NCBI RefSeq assembly: GCF_009914755.1
Contig: NC_060928.1
Length of the DNA: 64,000 bases
Reading direction: 5' to 3' (one strand)
Origin: the human T2T-CHM13v2.0 reference genome, Homo sapiens
The notes under the pieces were generated by a model. The model did not search any database. It was not told the DNA's origin and was given only the letters and a program-made list of their open reading frames with translations. Of the stretch, positions 1 through 14,830 are shown piece by piece; position 1 is the stretch's first letter; each line of letters begins with the position of its first letter. A program made the translations under genes and the position numbers.

Positions 1-1190
1 AATTAACTCAAGATGGATTAAAGACTTAAATGTTAGACCTAAAACCATAAAAACCCTAGAAGAAAACCTAGGCAATACCATTCGGGGCATAGGCATGGGC
101 AAAGACTTCATGACTCAAACACCAAAGCAATGGCAACAAAAGCCAATACTGACAAATGGGATGTAGCTAAACTAAAGAACTTCTGCACAGCCAAAGAAAC
201 TATCAACAGAGTGAACAGGCAACCTACATAATGGGAGAAAATTTTTGCAATCTATCCATCTGACAAAGAACTAATATCTGGAATCTACAAAGAACTTAAA
301 CAAATATACAAGAAAAAAACAAACAACCCCATCGAAAAGTCAGTGAAGGTTATGAACAGACACTTCTCAAAAGAAGACATTTATACAGCAACAAACATAT
401 GAAAAAAAGCTCATCATCACTGGTCGTTAGAGAAATGCAAATCAAAACCATAGTGAAATACCATCTCCCTCTAGTTAGAATGGCGATCATTGAAAAGTCA
501 GGAAACAGCAGCTGCTGGAGAGGATGTGGAGAAACAGGAACACTTTTACACTGTTGGTAGGAGTGTAAATTAGTTCAGCCATTGTGGAAGACAGTGTGCC
601 CATTCCTCAAGGATCTACAGCCAGAAATACCATTTGACCCAGCGATCCCATTACTGGGTATATACCCAAAGGATTATAAATCATTCTACTATAAAGACAC
701 ATGCACATGTATGTTTATTGAAGCACCCTTCACAATAGCAAAGACTTGAAACCAACCCAAATGCCCATCAGTGATAGACTGGATAAAGAATATGTGGCAG
801 ATATACACTATGGAATGCTATGCAGCCATAAAAAAGGATGAGTTCATGTCCTTTGCAAGGACATGGATGAAGCTGGAAACTATCATTCTCAGAAAACTAA
901 CACAGGAACAGAAAACCAAACACCGCATGTTCTCACTCATAAGTGGGAGTTGAACAATGAGAACACACGGACACGGGGAGGGGAATATCACACACTGAGG
1001 CCTGTTGGGGAGTAGGGGTCTAGGGGAGGGATAGCATTAGGAAAAATACCTAATGTAGATGACGGATTGTTGGGTATAGCAAACCACCACAGCACATGTA
1101 TACCTATATGACAAACCTGCATGTTGTGCAAATGTATCCCAGAAAGTACAATAAAAAATTTAAATTTAAATTTAAATTTAAAAAAAGGTA
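1..1190 (+). mobile_element. L1PA-type LINE-1 3' end (end of ORF2, 3' UTR, degenerate A-tail); continues upstream of the window
   Basis: ORF2 C-terminus ...KHRMFSLISGS* ends at 953. It is followed by the G-rich 3' UTR (GGGGAGGGATAGCATTAGG) and an A-rich tail with TTTAAA repeats. Confidence 0.95.
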
Positions 1191-1199
1191 AAAAAGTAC

Positions 1200-1513
<314 letters not shown>

Positions 1514-1799
1514 TGATATTTTTTACATAGTTAAAATAGTCACAGAAATACTCATTCGTATTTAATACACACAATTAGTCTTTAGGGTTTTCTTGAATAT
1601 GTACTCATGATTCAATTAAATGTTGAGTTGATTCATGCACACACACGTGTGTAGGTGTGGGTATGTTTTGTGTTTTATTTAACCATTTTAATGCTATTAT
1701 TGATAGGCTATTCAGTGAATTAAAAAAAATTATCCTAATACAGGTTCTCAAACATTTATAAAGGTATTTTTAAACACAAATGCATTTTTTCAATAATTA

Positions 1800-2390
1800 T
1801 ATTAAATATTTTATTTGTTCATTAATTTATTTAGCAAATTTTATTGAGTATAATTTGGCACTAGGATGATCAACAGGCAGATAATACAATTAGTAAATAA
1901 AACAGATAACAATTTCCTGTACTTCTGGTGATTATAGTCTAGTTCAGCAAGACAGATGCTAATACAATAAGTAATAAAATACACAGTATATTAGAAGCAA
2001 TGGATACCAAAAATAAATAAATAAAGCTAAGAAGGATAACATTAAATATTGAGGGCTATTTGCAATTTAATAGAATGCTTCCCTGAGAAATTGTCAGTTC
2101 ACCAAAAATGTAGTAAGGATGAGAACAGGGGCCAAACAGAAGGATATGAAAAGCACTGTTTAGTGAGTCAATCAGTATTGTACTTACAGTGAGGGAAGAA
2201 CAAAAAGAAGGCAAGAGGTACTGGGATGGATGTAAGCAACAGAGAGGGAGAAGCTGATGTCCATGAGGTAATGCTGTGTGTTGAGGAATCTGATTGTGAC
2301 AACCTTTTAAGGAAATGTTAAGGGGATTTGACTGTCATTCCAAGGGAGGTAGAAAGCTATGGGAATATTTTAAGAAGCCATGTACCTCTG
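1800..2390 (-). mobile_element. L2 3' fragment (ancient)
   Basis: TTCATTAATTTATTTAGCAAATTTTATTGAG resembles the reverse complement of the L2 3' end. Highly diverged. Confidence 0.55.
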
Positions 2391-3769
2391 GCTTCTGATG
2401 AGTTTGTACTTTGTTATTCTGGCATTGAGAAAACATATAGATGTGAGCATTGTTTTCTAGCGATTTACAGTAAGTATCCATAAGGACAATGAACCAACCT
2501 TAGTCATCATGCTGCACACCATACAAAAACAGCATGCCCTTAACCCATTTTATATCCACATTGGCCAGGGTTTCTTTGAAGAAATCCCCAGAATTACTGA
2601 AATTGATTATTTCACACTAAGAAGAAGAAGAAAAAAACTTCAAAATTCTAGCATGAATTTTGTCCAAACCATAAGGAAATTTATCTGCAGATATATGTGC
2701 CTAAGCAGAAATTTCTTCCTTTAAAAATAATTTTACCAGCTTTTTTAAACCCAAAAGATGCCGTATTAATGTGGATTAATTTATTGGCTGAATTTTGTAG
2801 TAGCTCCTCTACTACTGTATTTTTGAGTCACTGTACATTCTTCTTAAAAGGAAACTGTGAATTGTACTTTGGGATATTATCTGGACCAACTCTCATGTCA
2901 AGGAGACAGTGCTTGATATTTCTAAGCTGTCCATGGAACTGCTCTAAGTTCACAGCAGTGACAGATGTTTTTGCTTTTCCATATTTTTATGGCTCATTTA
3001 TTATTTCAAAGGCCATATAAGAGTAAAGGCTATTTATGAGTGAAGAGGGAAAACATATTAATTTGCAATGTATGTTCACATTGTTATCTTTTTCCAAGTG
3101 TTTTCATGACCTAAGAACATTCTGAATCATAGAATAACCTCCTTAAGTCATCTAATGTATATAGTTGCATTTTCACTTTTTTCCTCTAAAATATACATAT
3201 TTTTCTCCATAAATCTACTAATAGAGAGATAGGAAACTTTATTCATTATATAATCTAATCATATTTTTAACAGAAAAGTATGCTACTCCATAAAGTAACA
3301 TGATACTTATAAAAGCATGAATGAACTATTGTTTGAAAGATAATAAAACTTTCAGAATGTCCAAGACATTCTTGATAATCTCAAGAGAACTGCCAAATAA
3401 AAGAAGTTCTTTGAAGGTGAAAATGTTTTAATATTTCATTACCATCTACTATATGACACTAAACTGAGCTTAGAGACTGAAAAATATTTAGAAATTTCTA
3501 AAACAACTCAACTAATGATATCAACATGTTACAAATGTATTTTCATAAATCTCCAAACACGGGGACATGTTTACCTAGACACATTTATGTGTTTGAAGAT
3601 ACACACACACACACATACACACTCACACACAAAATTCTTCTAATCTATAAACAAGCCATGATTTGAACATATATGCTATTATTTCATCCTTGACTCCCTA
3701 TCCTCCCTAAAGTCACCTGTCCTCTATATCAAATTAATCAAAAGTACAGCAAATGGTAAAGTGGACAGC

Positions 3770-3965
3770 AATCCAGGCTTGCCACTGAACAAATTGTGCA
3801 ATCTCAAGTAATTTATTTATATTCCATCCCTCAGTTTCCTCATAAAGTGGAGATAATAATAGCATCTCTCACCCTGGTCTTTTGTGATTGTTAATTACTA
3901 GTGTACAGAGAGAATTTGCAATTATACCTGGCACACAGTAAGCTTTTGTAATGATTAACTGTTAT
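3770..3965 (+). mobile_element. MIR
   Basis: MIR core CCTCAGTTTCCTCAT...GATAATAATAG and tail CCTGGCACACAGTAAG. Confidence 0.75.
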
Positions 3966-3998
3966 TATAATTACCTCTGTTGAGCTAAAATAATGAAC

Positions 3999-4210
3999 AA
4001 AAGGAAGAGTTAAAAGGGACATTTTTTTTTGTATTGGTGGTGGGCAACCCATTAGGGATTGAGTCAGTAAATTCAAAGGAAACTACACAGAGCTGCTAGA
4101 TCCTGTGGAAGTGAGAGACAAAACTAGTATAATTTTATAGAAATAATTTTAATTTTAGATGCAAGGATGAATGTAGCTAAGAACAATGAAATTCTTACCA
4201 ATTAGTGATT
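3999..4210 (+). repeat. Copy 1 of a diverged ~210-bp local duplication (copy 2 at 5347-5560)
   Basis: Colinear similarity, e.g. AAATAATTTTAATTTT.GAT...GGATGAATGTAGC.AAGAACAAT.AAATTCTTACCAA in both copies. Confidence 0.8.
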
Positions 4211-4259
4211 TAGTCTAAAGGGAGCTTCATGACACAGAAAAAAGACTAGAGATTTTATG

Positions 4260-4475
4260 AATATTTCTGGGCTCTCTATTTTGTGCCCTTGATATATGTG
4301 TCAATTCTTTTACCATTACCACACTGTCTTGATTACTGTAGCTTTGTAGTAAGTTTTGAAGTCAACTTGTGCCAAGTGCTCTGACTTTGTTCTTTTTCAA
4401 CACTGTTTTGAATATTCTGGGTCTTTTGCCTTCCCCTATATTTAAAATCAATTTCTCAATATCCTCAAAATAGCA
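4260..4475 (-). mobile_element. Old L1M ORF2 fragment
   Basis: ACCACACTGTCTTGATTACTGTAGCTTTGTAGTAAGTTTTGAA is typical antisense L1M sequence. Confidence 0.75.
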
Positions 4476-5346
4476 TAGTAGGGTAATCAGAAAACAACTG
4501 TAAAATGCAATAAACAGTGTTATATCTAGGATCTATCAGTCATGCATACTACAGGGATGTGGGTAGCCTCACTGAAAAATCTTTCATCTTGTCGATCATG
4601 TTTCTGCAACTCCTTGACCACAAGGATTTACAGAAAATGTTTTACTATAAACATTTTCTATAAAAAAGTTGATTTTCTAGGAATATTTTAGAAAATATTA
4701 ATTAATTAATTAATGCATTAAATAATGAATTATTGATTAGTGGATAAATCCTTGCAATGAATTATGCAAAGCCATTTTGTAAGAATCAAAAGCAAAGCAA
4801 TTTCTCTAATAGTTCATTTTATAACATATTGTTGATGACACATGTAAATATTGTTTATATATTTTCCAAATCTATTTCCTTAGTTTCTTTAACATGTTTT
4901 TTAAGAGAAGTATTAAAACTCTCAATACTTTTCATTTGAAACAAAAATGTTTCAATCTTACCCATTGATAAGGAATCATTATATTCCATCTAACACTCTG
5001 TTTCTATGAATTTCATCATTCAAAATTAAGGTTGTCATTGGTTTCACATTTTAAACTCTACTTTCCTCAGCTAAAAACTTCAGGCATTTAAATACTGATA
5101 GTGAATGTTATATTCTCTCCCAGCTTTAAACAATTGTTTCTTTTTTCAGCATGTTTATTTCAGTAAATGTTTAAAAAACTATCTTTAGAATTTGAAGTGT
5201 ATTTTTTTTAACTGCTCATACTCTCAACTATTTGTTTTGTTGTTCTTTCTCCATTTTCTGGTACAAGATAAAAACGAACAGTATAAATGAACATATATAT
5301 ATGTGTGAATGTATATATGTATATATACATTCACATACATACAGAC

Positions 5347-5560
5347 AAAAGAAAGAGTTAAGAAGGCAATTTTTGGTATGGATAGTGGGCATAACATTAT
5401 GGAATACAGTCAGAAAATTCAAAAGAAGCTGCATAGAGCAGCTGGATTCTGTGGAAGTAAAAGACGAAACAAACATAAAAACTTCATGAAAATAATTTTA
5501 ATTTTTGATATAGGGATGAATGTAGCAAAGAACAATAAAAATTCTTACCAAGTAGCGATT
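5347..5560 (+). repeat. Copy 2 of the diverged local duplication
   Basis: Colinear with 3999-4210. Confidence 0.8.
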
Positions 5561-5931
5561 ACACAGCTTTGACTGCATTGTAAATTGTTCACACTATAGT
5601 TCTAATTAATCTTTAACTTAACGCTTATACTGATATTTTTTACAAATTTCTTGAGTGATTGTATCTTCTTGGTTCTCTTTTTGTTGATTTTCAGTTGTAT
5701 TATATATATTAAAATTTATTGAATTTTATTGAGATTTTGTGACATTATGTAATTATGTTTTTTCTAGGCTGTTAAGCATAGTAAAAAAAAAACCCAGTAT
5801 ATTATTTGTTTGCAAAATCCCAATAGAATCTAAGCCCTAAAATATAAATAAATAGTAAAAAAATGTTGTAGGTCTCTAAGATTTTTTTTAATGAAAATCA
5901 TAATAGCGTCTGTGCTTTAAAAGCTTAATTG

Positions 5932-6250
<319 letters not shown>

Positions 6251-9049
6251 CTAATAGATAATAATGAAGTGACAGTCTGAATGTAATTTTGCTGAAAATA
6301 TCTGCATTTAGATAATTTGTAAAGAACTAAAATTTAGGAACTAAGATTAGAGAGAGGATTACTTGAGTCTCACCACTGATTGTTTAATTATGTTTTATGT
6401 CTATTGATTGATTATATGGTTGTTTTTTCTGGCAAAATATTCATTTTTTAGGATTATTTTCTGAAGATTTATTTTATGGCTTTGTTTTGGCTGTTTTTGT
6501 TTCTTTATGTGCCTTGTTAGTTTGAGTTGAGATCCATGAATCTGAAAAAACAACCACATCTCCTGGTCTTTGTGAACTGACTTTATAGAAGGAAAGATCT
6601 TCACCAGCCAGTCCAGCTGGAGATGCTGGGGGCCTCCCACACTTTTCTCTCAATGTGCTTTCCCTAGACGTGTATATGTAAATTCTCCACTATAGTGAAT
6701 TTGCTTCTTTCTTTTTTCAGGTGCTTATATTTCTTGCTCCCTCGGGTGTGTGTCTATGGTCCTGTAGGTTCTCTGGGTCCGCTGTATGCCTCCCAATTCA
6801 TTTTCTTTCTCATCAGTCCCCAGGCATGTAGAGTCCTGTCGATGCTCTAAGACAGGTGAGACAGAGACCAATCCCTCAGGAATCTCTCTAAAAAGATAGA
6901 ATTTTGAACAAACACTCCATTCTTGTTTTGTTTTGTTTTTTTCCCCATTCCTCCCATTGCCCCTTGAGGGAGAAGCTGTCATGCTCTAACAGCTTTGCCT
7001 GCTGTACAGCAGGGCCTCTGAGCACAGCAGGTCATCTAGCTCTGTTTTGTTCTCAGTGGTCCCCAGGCATCTAGCGTACGTTGGGTCTCATCAGCACTCG
7101 GAGACAGCTGAGACAAAAAAGAGTCCCTTGGGTGATTTTCAAGAAACTAGAATGTTTGTCTCATGCTACATTCTTTCCTTCTCCTCCAAGAGAAGCCGTT
7201 GAGAGCTGGATTTTCTCCCCTGGCTCAATTCTGAGCCAGAGGGAGGGGCGATGGCCAGTGAGTGCCATGAAATTTCCTACAAACATGTATACAGCTAGTT
7301 TGTACCTGCCTGTGGTGGTGCAGAATCCTCTCCCTCATTCCCAGAATTTTCACAAAGGGAATTGGTCCACATATTGTTGAATCCGTGTCTCTCTGTGGAA
7401 TAAATGATCTGAGTCTCCCAATTCTATCATCTTTCTGACATCATCTCTAATCAATGGCTATTCTTGACTTGGACTTTGCATGTTATATTTTCTTCTAGCT
7501 TATATAGTGTGGAGAAAAACACAGCCTGTGTCTGTAGCTATGTTAAACAATAAAAAGATGATGAATGGGCTACAAGAGGGAGGGAGAGGAGACAGGCAGA
7601 GGGAAAGAAAATGGGAGCAGGGCGGGGGGGTAGAGAGAGAGAGAGATCTCACTTTGTAAAGCAAGGCAGGATATTTCTGGCATCCATATCAAGAGGTTGA
7701 AAATTAGGCAGATTTTTTTGTCTGGAAAATAATTGAAGGACACGTTAAGACCTTGTGCAGTTGCCGAAGAATGACATTTATTTATGAGCATAAACACACT
7801 GTGTTTTTCAGCGGTGTTCCACCATGAATTAAAAACAGAAAGGCTAAAAGCAGATACCTGTGAATCAGAGCCTAAAATTATGGTATATTCTCTGATCAGA
7901 AATATTTCAATAGGCACAGAAGACCTACAGATTAACATTTTATTATATTTGTAATTGAGCATAACTGTCAGATTTTGCCATTATTATAACCAATTTAACA
8001 TCAGTTCTTAATTTTTAGGCAGAAATATATAATTATAAAAGTTTCCCTAAGTAGAAATATATGAGCAACTGCAGTAGATATAACAAGAATCTAGACATAA
8101 GAAAATGAAATAATAATAGTAAAATTATTGAGAAAGGAAAGATTTTTTAAGATTCTAATGTCTTCCCAGAAGTTAAGACTCTAAAAGTCATGGTGCTGTT
8201 ACTTGAAAATAAAATATAATGAGATTAACCTTTATCTTCTAAAAGAGATTGCCTTTTAAAGAGGAAAGATTGTAGTTGAATTTTGGACTGTTTAGTCATA
8301 ACTTTTACTTATTGTGATCTGGAAGGCAAAATGGGACACAAGGATTTGAGATTATATGATACGTTTATCTCATCTTCGTGTTTGCTGCAAAATTTTCTTA
8401 AAATCTCTAAACCCAATGATGTCTGTCTCAAAGTTTAGGTAGATTTTAGTGGTTGTCAGAATGTGGTCTATGAATCAAATGTATTTCTGATGAGAAGCCC
8501 AGAGATTACTTTAAAATGTAGTAATCTGAGTTTTCAAACTGGCCATCTACATTGTGGGTTGTTGTTCAGGTGGGGTGGGGGGCAAGTCAGGCTTTAAAAG
8601 TTGACGTCAAAAAGTTCACTGAATGAGAAATTTGACTTCCAGGTGAAATAAAATAGTATAGCATGGTGCATTCTAGTCATCAATAATAGAAATGCTGAAA
8701 AAAATATGAATATATTAGCTTAAAGTCTTCCTTAAGTGCTAAGTCATTAGATATTGTAGATGCTATAAAACTAGAGAAGAAAGACCCTCATAGGCAATCT
8801 GACTTCTGCAGCCATTTTACCCTGGGGACAATTGCTTATTTGGGCATGGGCAGGAGGGTGAGGCTGTGAGCACAAAACTATATATGAACAATGCAGGGGA
8901 ACAGAAAAACCAGCAGAGTTCTGTCCAAACAATTTGAGATCTTGGAGAATTTGACTAGCTTTACTCTCAGGATATTTGGTGAATTCTGGCCAAGAATGCA
9001 GCCTACACTTAAATTAGCAAAATCCCTGATGGAATTAAAATGTTCAGAA

Positions 9050-10780
9050 ACCATATCATCTGACTAGCAGAATGACTTTCTTTCATTAGGGAGGAAGATA
9101 TTATCATTTAAGACTCTATAATTTTTCTACACAATGATATCTAGATAATAAAATCACCCGGTATGCCAAAATACAATGCAACATGATTTCTTAAAATCGA
9201 CAGTATAGACAAACACTATAAAAAATTCTTAAGGGATCCAGACCTTGATGGTAACTAACAAAGCTTCTAAGGGCACTATGGTAATGTGTTCAAAATATAT
9301 AGAAAAAAATAAAGAAAACAGAAGAAATAATGAAGAAGGTAACCAGATAATGAGAATCTACAAAATTATTAAACAGAAGTTTTAGAAATTAAAATTACAA
9401 TAACTAAAACTAAGATCCCATTAAAGCAATTTAAGAACACAGTATACATAACAGAAGGTGTGCTATTAAACTAGAAGACAGGTCAATGGTAAATGTAATG
9501 CAAAGCACTGGAGTAGGGGCAGGGGTGGGACAATGGAGTGCCACATCCTGAAAAGAGGGAGGGGAGGTAGGAGAGAGAGAGGTAAAAGAGTGAAGAGATC
9601 AATCATTCTTGGAACTGGAGCCACACAGAAAAGAGTATGAAAAATGCAGAAGAACACTTAAATGATAATGACCAATAATGTTTCAAAAATGGGTGCAACA
9701 TTAACAGATTTCAGAAGCACAGTAAATGCCTAGCTGAATACCACGCCTAGACACATCACAGTAATAGTGTTGAACACTAAAGACAAAATAAACAAGTAAA
9801 AGCAGTAAGGGAGGAAAAAAACATTTTCTTCAAGGGATAAGTGATAATAATAACCATTGTATTATAATATAGCAAAGATGCATGTTGTAATTTACAGGGT
9901 CCTTTCAAAAGGAATATTAGACATATGGTATGAGCTAAAATTTAATAGAGAGTAAAAATGGAGCAATAGGAAATTATAGATTAATCCAAGGGCAGGCAAA
10001 GGAGAAGAGAAAAAAAAGCATTAAAAAATAAATAAAACAAATGAACAGAAAATTAAGATGGTAGTCACATTACATATGTAGATGTACACACACACACAAA
10101 CACACACACACACACGTGACTGTAATTATATGGTCGCAGGTAGCAGTGACTACCTAAGGCTGGGGCATGAGAATAAGAAGAACTTACCAAACAGTTGTAG
10201 GTAAAGAAAGGCAGATTTATTAGAGAAAGTATGAAAATATGTTGCAAGGTTACAACCGGCAGGCCAGCAGAAAGAATCTGACTGCAAGGAAACAGAGGCT
10301 TGCTGAGGATTTTATAGAATAGTGCTTAGGCTATATGTTGAACTTTGTGTGGTACTGATAACACCAAGATTTCAGTGAGCTAACTTGCAAGTGTCTTGTA
10401 ATAAGTTGGGCACAGGAAGATTGTGAGTTATTTGTGTAGGAGGGCTATATTTCCTGGATCATGAAGAAAGGCGGACTTAGAGCTTATCTGCCTTCTCTTT
10501 TTGCTTTGCCTCAGTACTGCCAGCCAGACTCCTTTTCTCTAATTAGGACTCCACATATATGAGCTATAACTGAACTAAATACCATAAGTAAAAGAGTGAG
10601 AATGTCATATTGGGTTTATAAAGCCAACTTTGGAAAATAAAATACACTTTAAATATAAAAACAGAGAACTTGTAAATGAAAGAAGAGTAAATGAAAGAAA
10701 AGAGACACCATGTAAATATAAATCAAAGAACAAAAATGCTAACAAATACTGCGGAACTATATTCAATTAAAGGGCACACA
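9050..10780 (+). mobile_element. Ancient L1M ORF1/ORF2-start remnants, interrupted by a solo LTR
   Basis: A-rich strand with L1 ORF1-like motifs (CCTAGACACATCACAGTAA...). Very diverged. Confidence 0.5.
10131..10555 (-). mobile_element. Solo LTR, ERV1-class (family not assigned)
   Basis: Minus strand begins TGTGGAGTCCTAATTAG and ends ...CGACCA. It has an AATAAA near its 3' end and a 4-bp TSD TATA (10127-10130 / 10556-10559). Confidence 0.75.
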
Positions 10781-10832
10781 GGGTCTGGCTCCTGTAACAA
10801 AACCTATATATGATTTTTCAGGTCCTACCATA

Positions 10833-11030
10833 GGCAAGTCCTCACTTAACATTGTAGATAAATTCTTGGAAGCTTCAACTTTAAGTGACACAATGTACAA
10901 CAGGCCCTCAAATAACTCTGCTTCCTTCAATGCTGTTGTTTTCTTATAACATTGATGAGAAAAAAAAAAGTTGGTTTGGTGATATGTCTTTTCCTTTAAA
11001 GTTGTAATTTCCAATAACCTGTTGACATTT
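10833..11030 (+). mobile_element. MER82-like (Tigger family) DNA transposon fragment
   Basis: AAGTCCTCACTTAACATTGTAGATA..TTCTTGGAA..ACTTTAAG resembles the MER82 terminus. Confidence 0.55.
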
Positions 11031-11136
11031 GGAAGCCTGTTTATCCGGGGCCTTTGGCTGAAGCCTTCCTCAGGTCCTTCTGCTGAGATTTCTTTATGAG
11101 GGAGAAAGTGGGCTTGAGGACATTTCTTTATTATGA

Positions 11137-13649
11137 GTCAGTACCACATTTCAATGTACTTCACTTCATTGTGCTTTGCAGATATTGCATTTTTACTAAT
11201 TGAAAGTTTGGAGTAATTCTGCCTCAAAGAAATCTACCAGCACAATTTTTCCAACAGCATGTGCTCACTTGGCATCTCTATCACATTTTAGTAATTCTTG
11301 CAATATTTCAAAATTTTCAATTATTGTTGTATCTGTTATGGTGATCTGTAATTAGCAGTCTTTGGTTTTACTATTGCAATTGTGGGGGATGCCACAAACT
11401 GTACCCATATAAGACACAACTTAATTGATAAATGTTGTGTGTCTTCTGACTACTCCACTGAACAAGCATTCCCCTATCATCTCTCTTTTTCTCCTCAGGT
11501 CTTCCTCTTGGCAGAAATAAAAAATAATAAAATTAAGTCAATTAACCACTACAATGGTCTTTAAATGTTGAAGTGAAAGAAAAAGTTGCGTTTCTCCCAC
11601 TTTAAATCAAAAGCTTGAGATTATTAAGCTAAATGAGGAAGGCACATGGAAAGCAAGACGGAACAAAAGTTAGGCATCTTGCCCCCAACAGTTAGCCAAG
11701 CTGTGAATGCAAAGGAAATGTGCTCAAAGGAAATTAGTATTGCCACTCCAGTGAACACACAAATGATAAGAAAGAAAGGCAGCTTTATTGTTGATATGGA
11801 GAAAGCTTTAGAAATCTGGATAGAGGATCAAACCAGCCACAACATTGCCTAGAGGCAAAACCTAATTCAGAAAAAGGCCCTACTTCTCTTCAATTGTATG
11901 AAAGCTGAGAGAAGTAAGGAAGTTGAATATGAAGAGTTTGAAGCTAGCATAGGTTGGTTCATGAGATTTAAGGAAAGAAATTGTTTCCATAACTTATAAG
12001 TGCAAGGTGAAGCAGCAAGGTCTGATGGAGAAGCTGCAGCACCTTATCCAGAAGACGTAGCTAAGATAATTGATGAGGTGGCTACACTAAACAACAGATT
12101 TCCAATGTAGACAACACAGCCTTCTATTGGAAAAGAATGCCATCTTGAACTTTGATACCTAAAGAAGAAAAGTCAATGTCTGGCTTCAGAACTATGAAGA
12201 ACCAGCTGACTCTCTTGTTAGGAGCTAATGCAACTGTGGAATTTAAGTTGAAACAAATGTTCATCTATCACTCTGAAAATCCTAGGGCCCTTAAGAATTA
12301 CGCTAAATCTACTCTGCCTTTGCTCTAGAGATTAAATAACAAAGCCTGGATGATTGCAACAATCATCAACAAAGGCTAGATGATTGCTAGCATGTTTTAG
12401 CCATAATGTGTTTTAATTAAGTAATGTACATTGTCTTTTAGACATAATGCTATAGCACAGAAAATAGACTACAGTATCATGTAAACATACTTTTATGTGC
12501 ACTGGTTAACTGAAGTATTTTAAGTCCACAGTTGAGACCTACTGCTCAGAAAGTAAAAGATTCCTTTCAAAATATTACTGCTTATTGGCGATGCTCAAGA
12601 GCTCTGACAGAGATGTACAAGAAGATTAATGTTTTCATGCCTGCTATCACAATATCTATTAGAAAGCCCATAGATCAAGGCATAACTTTGACTTTCAAGT
12701 CTTATTATTTAAGAAATACATTTTATAAGGCTGCCATACATAGTGCTTTTGCTGGTGGATCTAGGGAAAGTGAATTGAAAATCTTCTGGAAATGATCCAC
12801 CATTCTTGATGCCATTAAGGACATCTGTGACTTATAGGAGCAGTCAGTGTACCAATATTAACAGGAATTGGAAGAAGTTGATTTAAACCTTCATAAATGG
12901 CTTTGAGGGGTTCACAAATGTCATAAAGTATGGAACTGCAGATGTGGTAGAAATAGCAAGAGAACTAGGATTAAAAGTAGAGCCTGAAGGTGTGACTGAA
13001 TCGCTGAAATCTCATAACCAAACTTGATTGGATGAGGAGTTGCTTTTTATGGATGGGCAAAGAAAGTGATTTGTTGAGATGGAATCTACTCCTGGTGAAG
13101 GTGCTTTGAATATTGTTGAAACGACAATAAAGGATTTAGAATGTTATGTAAACCTAGTTGATAAAGCAGCTGCAGGGCTTGAGAAGATTGACTGCAATTT
13201 TGAAAGAAGTTTTACTATGGGTAAACTGCTATTAAATAGCATTGGCTTCTACAGATAAATCTTTCATGAAGAGTCGATTACTGTGGCAAACTTCATTGTT
13301 ATCTTATTTTAAGAAATTACTACAATCACCGCAACCTTCAGCAACCACCATTATGATGATTCAGCATCAATCAACATCGAGGCAAGATCCTCCACCAGCA
13401 AAAAGTTTGCAACTACTTGAAGGTTTAGATGATTGTTAGCATGTTTTAATAATGATGTATGTTAATTAAGTTATGTGCATTGTCTTTTAGACATCATGCT
13501 ATTGCACACATGATAGACTACAGTATCATGTAAACATAACTTTTATGTGCACTGGAAAACCAAAAACATTGAGTGGCTCATTTTATTGTGATATTCACTG
13601 TATTGTGGTCCTCTGGAACCAAACCTATGATATTTCCAAGGTATGTCTG
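11137..13649 (+). mobile_element. Near-full-length Tigger1 (pogo/CENP-B-like transposase pseudogene)
   Basis: Disrupted transposase frames ([11 protein letters not shown]; [17 protein letters not shown]). The 3' TIR ...AAGGTATGTCTG is followed by TA. Confidence 0.93.
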
Positions 13650-14099
13650 TACTAAGTTCTTTCCTACTCCTAGACTTTCCTTCTCCAACTCAACAACCCC
13701 CAGGTCTGTAAAGCTACAGATGCCTTTACTTTATGGCTCCCTTGGAAGTAAAACAACCCCTGTGTCTGTGCAGATCTAACTGCACCACTCAGTGGGGAAA
13801 AATTGGAGCTGGTCAGGAATGGAGAGGGAATGGGGACCAGTGCTTTCTCAGGCTTAGCCTCTTGCTTATTTATACTATCACAGTAAGTGGTTAAAGGCTT
13901 GACTGTTACATTCTTTTGCTTGTTTTCTCAATTGGCTACTCCAACATCTGGCAGCTCAGCTCTCTTGAATCCAGCTGAGCTTCTGACATTGTGCATTAAG
14001 GAAAGAGGCATTCTAGAGATAATGAGGGACTGTCATAATGATAAAATCCTCCCTGAAGAAATCCTTATTCCAAATCTGTAAGCACATTCTATGTAAAGT

Positions 14100-14830
14100 A
14101 AAAATTAAAAAAAAAACATATAGAGATAATGGGGGCCATCTTCATACCTTTCTCAACAGCTAATAGAACGAGCTTTGGGACAAAGTGTCAGTAAGGATAT
14201 AGTACATCTAAAGAACACAATTTACCAACTTTACCTAACTGGTATAAATGGAACACAGTACAAATCAATTTCATAAATGATTTTACAGTAGTAACTACAG
14301 CTCAATGTATGAATGGCCTATGACCTAGCTATTCCACTCATAGAAAAATACTCTACAGAATATGTACACATTTTCACCAAAGATACGCACTAGAATGTTC
14401 GTAAGTTTGTGGTAGCAAAAGCATGAAAATTAGTAAATTCTTAAGAGTAGAAAAATGGAAAAATGATTGTAATACATGTTTATGCAATTGATTATAATTC
14501 AGCAAAGAAAATAAATACAGCCACTCAACAATTTGAATAACTTGCAAATATGATGTTAAGTGAAAGAAGACAGATATTAAAGCACATACACTTTATGATG
14601 TCACTGATATGAAGACCAAAAACTGGAAGAATGAATCTCTGCTGTTACAAGGCAGGATAGTTGTTATCCATTAGCAGAGGATGCTAAAGGGGGCACATGT
14701 GTAGCTCTCTTGAGCAGGAATGTTCTTTTTGCTATGTGTGCTGATTGCAAGTGAGGAAAAATATTGAGCTCTTGATAGGTACCTTTTTTCTGTGTTCATA
14801 TTATACTTCAATGAAAAATTTGAAAATAAT
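14100..14830 (+). mobile_element. Old L1ME fragments and 3' end
   Basis: ATGACCTAGCTATTCCACTC and AAGTGAAAGAAGACAGA motifs. Confidence 0.65.

Noticed and set aside
11600-13300. Functional or domesticated Tigger transposase
   Set aside because: Many stops, frameshifts and an internal insertion.
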